Shown: one piece after another, positions 1-11,305 of the stretch
Numbering within the stretch: the stretch's first letter is position 1
How the letters are laid out: every line of letters starts with the position of its first letter
Program-made: the position numbers and the translations under genes
Assembly: GCA_002633005.1 (NCBI GenBank)
Contig: NMRA01000984.1
Location: 16,867-78,618 of the forward strand
DNA length: 61,752 nucleotides
Source of the DNA: Phoronis australis
Taxonomy: Eukaryota > Animalia > Phoronida
Direction of reading: 5' to 3'
The notes under the pieces: model-generated
Told to the model about the DNA's origin: nothing
Seen by the model: the letters and a program-made list of their open reading frames with translations, nothing else
The model's database searches: none

Positions 1-334
1 CCGCACTCAGTTGCCAGAGTCTCCCGCGACACACTCCCACTAGATGGTGACCTGAGCACCCAAACTGCTTACATCGTGTCGTGTGACTCCCTCGCCACAC
101 ACCTGGCACCTTCTAAATAGACAAGTCCACAATAAACTCATCAAAGTTTGGCTCACCGATCTGTTCACTGAACGACAAACTGTCCTCTCCACTGGGTGTC
201 GAACTGGTCCTGTAATCACGTACTCCCAATACTCAATATCGCTGCAGGGCTGAAATTTAAAGATTTATTGATTTTGGGCACTTCGCTGTTAAGAACTTGT
301 TTTAAGGTTATGTGGGACTCTTGAAACTGAATGC

Positions 335-560
335 CAAATTTGGCTTATTTCACAACATCATATCTCAGAAATGGCCGATCAGATTCACACGAAACTTCCA
401 GATAGTATTCTTTATGCAACAATGTTCCTCAAATTGCTTTTAGGAATTGTTTTTAAAATGTTTCACTTTTTAATGAGGGACTATCAAAAAGGTACTTTTA
501 TGAAAAGAAAATCTCAATGTTCGCATATTAAAACGAAAGTGAATTTAGAATACTCCGAAG
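335..560. repeat. Dispersed repeat, also at about 39617-39800
   Basis: CCAAATTTGGCTTATTTC...TCTCAGAAATGGC..ATCAGATTCA occurs at both loci. Confidence 0.55.
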
Positions 561-1207
561 TGTTTTAGTTTTTCAGTTGAAACTGTATCTTGAACAAAAA
601 ACTTAAATTCATGGCATGATTTTGCTTAACATTACTGCGTTTTCCCCGTTGCTCCCAACTTGTTCCATTCCATAGCCCAACAACAAGTTGGGAAATTTAC
701 CCCTGTAGCCAATATCTCACACGACTGATTAACTCCATTCTGGCATTTATGGTGGGAGGGCCAGCTCTCTTTTGTTTGATAATTGCTCTAATCTTCAATA
801 AGATCGTATCTAATCTGACTGTATGGGCTGTGCTGTTAAAAATAAAAGTTAAGTCATAATATATTTGAACATAAACCAAGCATTTCTGAAATCCTTGTCA
901 AATGGTGATCATGTCTTAGCTTTTGAATTGCCAAAATCGCCCAACTGCGACCGAAGTTATGATAATCTATTCTTTCATACCTATTCCCTCTAGGTGGTCT
1001 GTAATAAGCCTGTTGTCACACCAGACAAAAGACTGCTTGGCAGATAACAAAGAAGCTAGATCACATGCTCACAAATCCCTTCCTCTGGTAAAGTCACTGA
1101 ACGGGAAAACGCGGTCATGAATGAGAAAATGATGCTGTTTGGGAATGCTCATGGTGACTGTGAGGGAGGATTGTCCATTATGTTACTGTAGTTATTGGTA
1201 ATTTCAG

Positions 1208-4200
1208 ATTGTAAACGAGTTGAATCGGGAGGTGTCACTTTACTGTTCCATGGTGACTTGGTTAGGAAGCTCAAAAGACAGTGATTGTTTACGCGCAGAT
1301 CTCAGGGATAGTCGACATAGAGCATTTAATTTGGCGCATCATGTGAAACTCGGTCTTTTGCCACATTTAGACAGGTAGGGTAACTGTTGTTTGTTCAAAA
1401 TGCTACTACATATCTTCACGTACTTGGCAATCAATGTGGCCAACAAATGAAATTTTGTTTTATCAAATTTGTCCACAAAGATAAAGATAGAGAAGTATTA
1501 GTTTATCAGTAACATGGGGTGTACTGTGAAGAAGTCTTAAAACTACTTTTGATAAATTTTCCATTATTTGCAATGGAATAACCAGCTGTTAAGACATGGA
1601 AAAATGAGGATTTCAGCAATTATTTTGATGCAAAATAATTGGAAAATTACTATAATTTGACCCAGTTTTAGAGACATGACCGTGAAGAATTTTGTCTGCC
1701 ATTGTTTCCTCATTGTGAAACCGTGGAATATTTTCTCAAGTCACTGAACTGAACTCATCCAGTGAATGGGGGAGTGTGTCATGGATTCTTACTTTTGTCA
1801 ATTTGCAGTGATTCCCTGTCTGATGATCGTTATGAGGTGAATGCGTTGTGGACAATTTATGTGCTGTGTCTCGACATGTTGGAGAATCAGATTAGAAGAA
1901 CAGTTCAGTTATTGATAGACTTTCCGTTTCACCGTGGTCCGCCTGTGTTGATAAATACAGGTGTTGTAGACACTTCATGTGAATGCCCGGTGCAGGCGAT
2001 TTTGTCCAGCCAGCTGGGCATGTCACTAGTTGATGGCAGGGAACTAGAGAATGAGGAAGTGTTGTCTTTAAAAAGGTGAGATGACTGTTACGATGTGAAC
2101 AAGGTAGAGTTTCAAGGGCTGGCATCTAAATCTTTCTACTCGAAATTATTTCTGGCATTTTCTGTTCTACTTTTTTCAAACTGAGGGTAAAAGAGGCTAT
2201 TGTCTATGCTCAATTAATGCAAATGATTTTCTAGTCCAAGTTTGTTTTTGATGACCGAAAGATTCGAGCCAAGTTCTCGAGTAAAAAGCCAAAATTTCGA
2301 GTTCAGACACGAACTTTTAGCCTCAAGAATAGGATCAATTAAGTGTAATTACTGTATATAGTTACTATGGTATCCATGCTCAGTGTTAGATACTCAAGCA
2401 TAGAATACACAAAAAAGTGGAATACAAAATAATTTCTGGTTCGATCTCGAGTAAAAAGATTAGACGCCAGATCTACACGTCACAAAATTTTTTAATCGTT
2501 GGATCTGCATAACAAAAAATTTCTGATGCCACGCAGCAGCATTTATCAGTGAAAGGCCAGTTATATTTTATATTTGTTTGGTGAGATTTTAAAAAGATAT
2601 TATCTGCTTAAAAATGTTGATACGCAAGCATATCGAATACCATTACATTGGGGTCACAGTTTGTTAAAACTGCTACCGGTATGTGAACCACGTTTAGGTG
2701 TTTATAAAAAAACACGAACGTGCTTCACAGCCATGCAATGTACTTACTCTTCCATATATTGCATTCTGAAAGTGGTTAAAATGAATCACTACAAATTTTC
2801 TTACACTAACAGCTACCGGTATATTGCCTTGTTGACTGAATGTAAGCTCCTTTTCCAGTTGATGACAATTAGGCTAATGTCATTCTGCAGCAGTGGCCTA
2901 AACTAATTGACAGATGGCCTGAGTTCATTACGCTGTAGTGACGTGGCTTTCTGGCTATTTGTTATATTGTGAATAGTGACACAAGATGGAATTTAGAATT
3001 TAGTTGCAGTTATTGAAATGCTAAAAACTCTCCAATTTGGACTGTCTCTAAAGTTAGGACATCGAAAATCAAAGCGAATTTTACTTTTCCTGATTCTAAA
3101 TATAAGGACATTCATTGGCAATTTTGGGTTCACTATATTTGTCAATTGTCGGATATAGCGTTTTGGATTAACAGAGTCTTCAAAATAGACTTGATAGTTG
3201 ATAAAAGTGTCGAAACATAGTCTCTGGGGCAAGGTTTTTGCAAGTCCCTATTGATTGTAACATATGGGTGAATGGTTCTTTTGTCGTTGATTATTGTTCT
3301 TGAAATTAGCATGGCCAATACTCAGGTATGGAACTGTCTTAGTTCTGGCCCTGCCTTCAATGCTTTTGATTATGAAAGCCACAAGGCTCCTGAGTTTTAT
3401 TGCAGGCTGCTAAGCCTTGACAACAAGGCTGTGGTCCACAGGTTTTGTTTTGTATGTTTGCCTCTGTATCTTTGTCGTGATCGAGTTCCTGGATGTGTTT
3501 TCATGAAATTGAACATTTATAATTCTTTTAAGGAGGAGCCAATGACTTCCCATTTTCGGATTGTGTGACGTATTCCGTGCCACGTAGTTGTCACTTTTTA
3601 ATACTAATAAACACCCCTCAAGCATAGCGTTTGCTTTTGGGTTCATTTCAGCACTTTACATTGGTCTTGTTGAAGTATTGATAATTCTTTGCAGTGAAGT
3701 GTGCGAGCTTCATGACATGGTAGCAGAACTGCACAGAATTGACATAAAGAAATGGAGCACTCGTGTCACTTCGACCTACCAAGAGCAAGGTACCAGACTG
3801 TTACCTTCCAAGAAACGGAGTCACAAAATTTTAATTCTTTTGGAATGAACAAAAAACATCGTGCAACCTGACTCATGGTTAAAACAGTAGAATTTCATAG
3901 ACTGAAATTTAAGTCGTACTAAATTTTTAAGAAAATAAATGGACTGATGGCCATTAAGGATTAGTTACGTTTTTATGGGTTCGAGTTTATTTGGTCACCC
4001 AGCAGTCTAGTTCAATAACCTAGTAGTTGTTCTCACAAAAAACGCTTTTTCACAAATACAGTCATTTTCTTATGAAAATATTTCTTTTCTCAGTAAAGCA
4101 CTGTATACACTCTGATCTTTCCCAATGAATAAATCTTTTCTCAGTGTGAGCTAGGGCCTTTATTAAGCCGTGACGGTCAAGTTGACATATCTTGTAAAAG

Positions 4201-7200
4201 TAACACAATTGTCTGATTAAAGCAATACTTTGCAGGAAACTGTTCACGGGGGGGGGGGGGGANTTAGTCACAGTTCGTACACTCTAATATTCTGTACACT
4301 TCCCTTGAAATGCAGTGTTTCTCTCTAGTAGTAGCACAACGCTAAATTGTCGTGAGAGACCATCGGCAGTTGGTGGTGCAACTCCGGATGGTCTGGGGTC
4401 AACAGAAAACCACAGTGAGTCTACACCAATATGATAAACGAGAGTTAAGTTCTACTTGCTGCATCAGCTGCCGGTATGCTTATCTCATTTATGGCACACA
4501 ATGTGTGACTGGGCAAAGCGCTTTCAAAATAATGTGGATAAATCAGCGGAGTGCGAGACCCCTGAGGTCCCTGTCAAGTCCTCACGGCAATTTCACGTTA
4601 GGAGTATGCGGCAAACAAATAGCAAAATGCCCGTAATACATCTAATGGGTGTCAGGTACCATTCCCACAAAACTGGACACCAATTTGGGTGGACTAGTCC
4701 ATTAAAAGACTGCCAGAGGGAAAAATATGAAAGCCAACACCTCAATTCTATAGGCAACTCTTACCTCAACACGATGCCATGGTCATGATATCGCATTGTC
4801 ACCTCACAAAGACTTGCTGTTTGCTCAGGAATATTGACCATGCTGAGTACTAAGGGAGCTGTGAAGTTACTTAATAAGCAACAGTTTGACAAAGTGAAAT
4901 TACACCATGGTATTACGTCCTCCTGACGTCCTCCAGAAGGAACTCAACTCTGTACACTTTTAGAAAATAACTGTTAGACTAAAACATTTTAAACTGAGTT
5001 ATAGAATTGTTGCTTCAAAATTTCGCAAATTTCCACAAGTAATTAATATATGTTAAAGTGTGCAAATATTAATAGTGAGGAAAGTAAACTTCATTAAAAT
5101 TTAAATTACCAATTTAGGATAATATGGCTGACGAATGAAAAATTATATTATTGTTTTTCAATGCATCATATGTAACACCAAATAAATGTTTTTCCATGTT
5201 CACATTCATTACCATAGCAACGACCAACAGACAATATTTTGATGAGCTTTAGGCATTGACTTCAATGTTGGAACTCTTGCAAAGGTGAAAAATGGCAATT
5301 TTGGTAAACAATTTTGTTAGAAATTTTCGTTCATCGTTTAAAACAATGCGTATGTTAGGATGGATGTTTGCATGGAGACATTGCACTGGATTAATGCAGC
5401 CCGTGACTACAGAGAGAGACATGATTATGGATATACGGTGAATTCTATAGGATGTCATTGGTTTAGAAAAGGGCATTTTACTATAAATGATCTTCCAGTA
5501 ATCACATTTGTTCGTAGACAGGAATACTAGAACAAAAGAGAAATAGAGAGGGTGGGCTTAAAGAAAGTGATGTGGCTGATGTACTTTAACTCAGAATAGT
5601 GTATGACTCATCCGTCTTGCAATAACCATTCTCACTGTATTATAAGGAGCAATAATGGTCTTACTCAACCAATAGTCAGTGAAAACGCTTGGATCTAAAA
5701 CTTTTTAAATGCAGCCATAGTTCTGTGGAATTAAGTTCTTGGCCACCTGACATGACAGACTTTTAAATCTGTCATGTCAGGTGGATTTGTCATTTAAAAA
5801 TAGTACTTAAAAGTATTTTTAAACAACAAATCAAACGATTTCTATTTAGCTTTATCGAGAAAAGTGATTACTCTGATTTTATTTATTAATTAATTTATTT
5901 AATATTTGTTTATTTATGTATTTATTTGTCACCTTTGTCACTTCTTCCTTACAGTCTTTTTCAGATCATTTTCACCTATAGCTAGTTTCTTTCACACGTC
6001 TCATTCCTCCTGTATAATTATTTACAATGATTATTCATGATATTTATTTCCTTCAATTTTTTTAGTTTATGTATAGACCACCACTGAAATAAGTTTTTAA
6101 CTTTTTGGTGTTTTCCAGATAGTGTACATAATTATTTTTAAAATTTCTTGTACCTAAATGTACCTGTTACTGAATTTATTATTGTAATGTAATGATACTG
6201 TATTGCAGGAGTGTCCACCTACAACGATGGTTCATTGCAAGGTGGAGATGTTGTTTCGGTAAGTCAGTTGATTGGTACCTTGTAGTATTGCGTACCTTAA
6301 ACGCGAATAAACACAATGTCATCTAGATTGGGGGGTTATTAAAACATGTTGCAGCATGACCTTTATCAGTTCCAGGCAATGCATTGACAATTGATCATAC
6401 AGACCCACTGTCAAAGCAAGCATAAGAAGTCGACAGACAGAAACGACACTAATTAGAAAACAATAAAAAATGCTGGTTATTGGGTGAACGTTTCTGTGTC
6501 GACGTCCAAATTTCTACCAAGCTGACCTTTCATGCAGCCCATTTTTTCTTTGAGGGCATAAATTTAATCGAATATGGCAAAATAAAATTTGGGTTGGTTT
6601 GCCGACTATGATGTGTATCAGCCTCCCAGTCACTCTGGTCGTGCCTGGTAAATGAGATATTTGATAATAAATTTGTGGTCAGCTGATGTGAAAGTGATTT
6701 GTTAATGGTCACTCACAATGCAAAATTGTTTTTAAAATCATTAGATGTCCAGTTCAGTTCTACCAAACATCCACAACGGCCTCGATGTCGAACTAGTGAG
6801 TGCCGCAGCGCTGGGATCAGAATTTGTCAGCATTGATCGTTTGAGTTAGCCATTGCCCTACATTATTTTAAAACAAGTCAATTTTTTTAGAAACTCTATA
6901 ATATTGACTATTAAATACTATATTCAAGAGGTGTATTTCTGATCAGAAACACTATGATATTGACTATTAAATAGTTATTCAAGAGGTGTATTTCTGATCA
7001 GAAACACTATATTGACTATTAAATACTATATTCAAGAGGTGTATTTCTGATCAGAAACACTACAATATTGACTATTAAATACTATATTCAAGAGGTGTAT
7101 TTCTGATGAGAAACACTATGATATTGATTATTAAATACTATATTCAAGAGGTGTATTTCTGATCAGAAACACTACAATATTGACTATTAAATACTATATT

Positions 7201-8375
7201 CAAGAGGTGTATTTCTGAACTCCTTAGTCGGTTCCAGACGCCGCTGCATTGAGCTGGCCGGGATCTGATTGGCTGATCCAATCCAAGCACCTCAGACAAA
7301 CTTGCTAACAAAGAACGTTAATGTTTCCCAATTGTTTCAACATCATTGCCTCCAACAAAATCCTCACAACTAGTAAATATACTAAAACCCAGTCCTCTTC
7401 AGTAACACAACTATCCACCTATGAAATATGGTTCTTCAGTTTTCTTGAAGCATGTAAGATGGCCATGATAAGTCCAAGTTCAAGTACCACTTGACTGGTG
7501 GATGTTTGTAGTCCAATTTACATTTCTTGTGGGCCTTTAAATGGTTTCTAGGACCATCTGTCGCGATTGACAAAAACATCAAGAGTAGTTTACAAGACCT
7601 ATGGAAGTCAATGACCTGTCTTTCTGGTCCTAGGTGCCCTGTTGTTGTGGTGATTATCTTTCATTGCCGTCTGCTATTCAAATATAGGGTTTTCACTCCA
7701 GATAGGTGATCCTAAGTTGAGTATTGTGTGAACAAGACAAGTTAACCTATTGTGTGGCAGTAGATCGAGTTTAGTGGCCATATGCTTTTTGGTAATGGTC
7801 ATCTCTGTTTCCAAGACATCAAACAAAATATGGTCAGAAGTTTAGTTAAAAAGTTACATTATTTTCGGCTTGCAGAATTCCCATTTCTATCTTTACAATC
7901 ATTCAAGGAAAGGTAAATGCTCTTACGCTGTGGGTGAGTTTCCCAATTTTGCTGATGGAACTCAAATTACTAATGGCCGTGTTATTATCAGTTTGATAGT
8001 GATAGCAAGGGGAAAAGTTTGCAAACCAACATTTACATAATGCAGCTCTCATTGTCTGCGTTCATCTTATAAGCTCATGTATTCCTGCAACTACCGTGTA
8101 AACAGTGCCCCTGACGCTGACCTATATTTAAAAGTACTATTTCCACACGACTGATAACCCCATTGAGTTGATACTGTACATAAGAACTTTCAAGTTCTGT
8201 TACAACCTCTGCATTGAGATTACCATGGTGATACCTGGTTCTTACATTTCAGGTGGATGGTAGTTCCAGGCTTGGACATCGACGGTGTCTCTGTTGGATC
8301 TCTTCCTTTATCATCAGTGTTGTGCTTTTTTCTGCCGTTCTTGGCATTTGCGTAGCACTATTTGGCCACACGTAA
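1208..8375 (+). CDS. RGS9BP: RGS9-binding protein (R9AP)/R7BP-family membrane anchor, 5'-partial, 5 exons
   Basis: Exons 1208-1374, 1809-2075, 3695-3789, 6209-6258 and 8253-8375 all have AG/GT boundaries and compatible phases (2,2,1,0), giving 233 aa plus stop. The sequence IVNELNREVSLYCSMVTWLGSSKDSDCLRADLRDSRHRAFNLA...EVNALWTIYVLCLDMLENQIRRTVQLLIDFPFHRGPPVLINTGV...EVCELHDMVAEL...KKWST parallels the recalled R9AP pattern (GGSADS..LR.EL; LW..F..CLDLLE...R; FPL...LV.TG; V.VPRWT). It ends in a C-terminal transmembrane helix (WISSFIISVVLFSAVLGICVALF). The start exon was not located. Confidence 0.85.
2113..2470. mobile_element. MITE, family A (TIR similar to CTGGCATCTAATCTTTTTACTCGA)
   Basis: Imperfect inverted repeats at 2120-2143 and 2447-2470. 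It shares termini and the internal ATACTCAAGCA with the element at 34057-34468. Confidence 0.55.
5743..5784. repeat. Perfect 17-bp-stem hairpin
   Basis: CCACCTGACATGACAGA, 8-nt loop, TCTGTCATGTCAGGTGG. Confidence 0.9.
6896..7218. repeat. Minisatellite of about 56 bp, 6 copies
   Basis: Unit ACTACAATATTGACTATTAAATACTATATTCAAGAGGTGTATTTCTGATCAGAAAC, which contains the 14-bp palindrome TTTCTGATCAGAAA. There are no unique spacers. Confidence 0.95.
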
Positions 8376-9306
8376 GCCGGCGCACTTCTACGTGTAAAAA
8401 TGTCAGCGTAGTAGTGTGCGGACACGTACAGTTATCTCCTTTTTCAGAAGTTAGTCTGTGTGCAAAACATACGGATAAGGGTCTGGGAGAAGCCGGTGCT
8501 TGTGGCTAGCATTACGTTTGAAAATAGTGAGAAAAAAGACACCGCAATTTTATTTATTCTGTTTTTTCTTCATATTGTTGAAAGATATCAAATTCACTTG
8601 AACCTGAGATTTGATATCGCCATTTGGGACTTTTTGTTCATTTGGACATTCAGGATTTTTTATATGAGGTTTTGGCTAATGAGTTTTCATTAAATTAAAT
8701 GAAGTTTTGTTTTAAAGTTTACTCCTGAACATATGTACAATTGTGTACTATCCCTGACAGGATCAATAGTTGAGATATGAAAAATTGGTCCTTCCTTGAA
8801 ATTCTCAGGCAATTAATTGTTGATTAAATGAATAGGTGGACTTTCAGTTTTTGTGTAATTTATAATCAGAAATTGGTGGAATTTTTTTGTCAGGTTGAGA
8901 TCTGAAAGCAACACTGCTCTTTGCGTTAACTTTGTTCTTTTGATTCAGGTGGCTAGTAATGACCTGAGTTCACACTCAATAAACCTGAAAGAGTTTAAAA
9001 TTAGCCCGTTGCTAATGTGTTATTATCTCGTTAAGATGAAGGGGGTTGTCTGTACTGTTAGTCACAACATTAACATTTTGCATTAGCCCTTGATTGGTTG
9101 CTATTGTTCGTACAAATGTTGATGAATGACAATAATGACTGTAGTACTTCTTGACCTGTGTTTAACCCGCAATAATGACATGACGGACAAGTGGATTTCC
9201 ACTTTGTTAATCATGACAAAATGAAGGCTTGCAATATGTCATCATTCTAATAACAGGGTGTTTTGTATGTACAACAAGAGCTTCCACAAGACACTGTCTT
9301 ATAATG

Positions 9307-9468
9307 CAAACATTTTTATGTTGGGTCTGCATGCCACCTGTTGGCCACATCATGTGACCTAATGAACAATAGTCTGAAAAGATTTCTGCCCCTACAGGGG
9401 CTCGAACCCGGAAACTTAAATCTGCTAAGCGTGCAGACACTCTAGTCCACTGAGCCATTGGGACCACC
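9307..9468 (-). mobile_element. tRNA-derived SINE
   Basis: The minus strand has an A-box TGGCTCAGTGG and a B-box GGTTCGAGCC, followed by a non-tRNA body (GGCAGAAATCTTTTCAGACTATTGTTCATTAGGTCACATGATGTGGCCAACAGGTGGC). The body is shared with 9487-9610 and 48605-48740. Confidence 0.75.
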
Positions 9469-9486
9469 GGTCACACACACAAATCC

Positions 9487-9610
9487 GTGGTAAGCAGATT
9501 AGGTCCCGGGTTGAAGCCGGCGTTGGGCAGTAAACTTTTCAGACTATTGTTTTTAAGTCATGTGATGTGGCCAACAGGTGGCGTTCAGACCAGATTTAAA
9601 AATTTTGTGA
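9487..9610 (+). mobile_element. tRNA-derived SINE, 5'-truncated copy, inverted relative to its neighbour
   Basis: Degenerate B-box GGTTGAAGCC followed by the same body (CTTTTCAGACTATTGTT...GATGTGGCCAACAGGTGGC). Confidence 0.7.
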
Positions 9611-10343
9611 TCTATATTTCCATACCAGTTCAATATTTGCATGTAATATAAACTGTCTCATAAACAATTGATTACTTGTAGCAGAATAATTGCCAAGGGA
9701 CCTGTAGTATAGCCATGGGCAAGGAAACTTAAGCAGTCACTGCTAATCTTCACTCGGCATTTGACACAGCTGACAAGTGGAATTCTATTTTGTCAAATTT
9801 ATCAACTAAAAGAAAGATTAAAAGAATTTTAGTCTATAAGTAGCATGGTTTACTGTGTGTATGTCCTAAGACAACTTTTGGTAAAATTTCCATTATTTGC
9901 AGTGAAGTAGTTACCAGCCTTTGAAATAAAAAGGATACTTACTGTTTTTACAGTTATTTTTGTGCAAAATAATTGGAGAATTACTGTATTATTTATTGAT
10001 TCAAAACTGCTATTTCTGCATCATCTGTGGTATATGCATTTTGAAAAAAGTATCTTAACTATTAAATACTCCTTTTTGTGCAATAACTCAAACCTTGCAA
10101 CTTTGGGTTATAGTCGCCTACAAGAGTCAGCAACCAGTTGTCTCCTCTGAATAAAAACTAGGCATTAAACTGGTTTTCAAAATCCTGGACCACTGAGTGA
10201 TGACTGTTGCCCAAATTTGTGCAATGTTCAGTTAAGTAGTAACTTTAATCACTGTGCCATTCATGCAACATAGTTTCCTGTGGGTAGTTTTCAAAGGTGG
10301 CACTGCACTGGACGTTTTGAAAATTAGAATGCTCACTAGGTGG

Positions 10344-11305
10344 CAGTGGCGGAACTAGGATATCACAAGGGGGGGCCCAACATTTTGTCTGTAAACATTT
10401 GCGCAAAGCAGGATAATTGTAGATGCGCATAGCACCGAATAGAGGGAGGAAAATTTTTCTGTTTTTTCTTCTAAAAATCAAGCATTTTCCTTGATTCTTG
10501 AAGTATTATCCAAGAAAAAGAGACAAAGGAAAAAATAAAAAAAAATAAATAAATTAAAAACAAACAGAGAACGTGTCTAACTTGAAAAACTGCAATTACC
10601 AGAGTCAAACTCACGACCTGGCGAATAGAGTGCGTGTGCTTTACCACTGCACCACCACGATTTCACTCCTACATTGATTCTAAGAGGCCTACTTGCTTAT
10701 GGTCCGCAGCGTTTGCACGCGAAACCTACTTCTTTTTGTAATGCTTATTACACTTTTTATATTTTGTGCAATCATTTTGATACAAATTTGTTGTATTTAA
10801 AATAGTCTTCAATTGCCCAAAAGACCAAATCCCTTTTTTATGTTGGCATTAATGACGCGATTGCTTTGGAAATCGTCTTAAGTTAAGGTTTGACAAAGAG
10901 AGAATTATGAGTTTCTGAGTGATTCACTAAGGCTTCGATTAAAATTCACATCTTACCAGCAGCTTCTGTTTTTTCATCATCATTCAGATTCCATTTTCTT
11001 TAAAAAATGAAGTAATTTAATTTCTTCATTGCACAGTGAAGCAGACGACGAAAACGGAGTTGCAGTGCGCAGCGCCACTACCGGTCGTCTGGGATATCGC
11101 GGGAGACCCTTCCGAATTTGACACTTGAAATTGGTTCAGAGCCCCCCCAAACACTAAAACTGCAAACAATTAAATCTTGTTTCAGCCGTATATTGTTAAT
11201 TACCGGGGTTCATTAATAAACTCAACATTCCCTACGCTCTTGCCGTTTCATTATTTTTGCCGCAACCAAGGGGAGGGGGCCTGGCCCCCCCTAAATCCGC
11301 CTATG
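10344..11305. mobile_element. Non-autonomous DNA transposon with 5-bp TSD (GGTGG)
   Basis: Termini CAGTGGCGGAACTAGG and CCTAAATCCGCCTATG, with subterminal G/C runs. GGTGG at 10339-10343 and 11306-11310. A tRNA-like segment lies inside it at about 10597-10660 (-). Confidence 0.65.

Noticed and set aside
1-250. GC-richer segment, possible LTR or exon
   Set aside because: It is truncated by the window edge and has no diagnostic termini or ORF.
1117-1191. Start exon of the R9AP-like gene
   Set aside because: It has an in-frame stop and no phase-0 donor compatible with the acceptor at 1208. The true start is probably upstream of the window.
4247-4800. Poly-G tract and overlapping ORFs after the N at 4263
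   Set aside because: The poly-G abuts an assembly N, so it is unreliable. The ORFs have no recognisable motifs or compatible splice sites.
6896-7218. CRISPR-like array with palindromic repeats
   Set aside because: The units are head-to-tail with no unique spacers, there are no cas genes, and the context is a eukaryotic intron.
9380-9468. tRNA gene (similar A/B-box segments at about 10597-10660, 22750-22815 and 48685-48740)
   Set aside because: There is no convincing cloverleaf. At 9.4 kb and 48.7 kb the segment continues into a shared non-tRNA body, so these are SINE heads or decayed relics.
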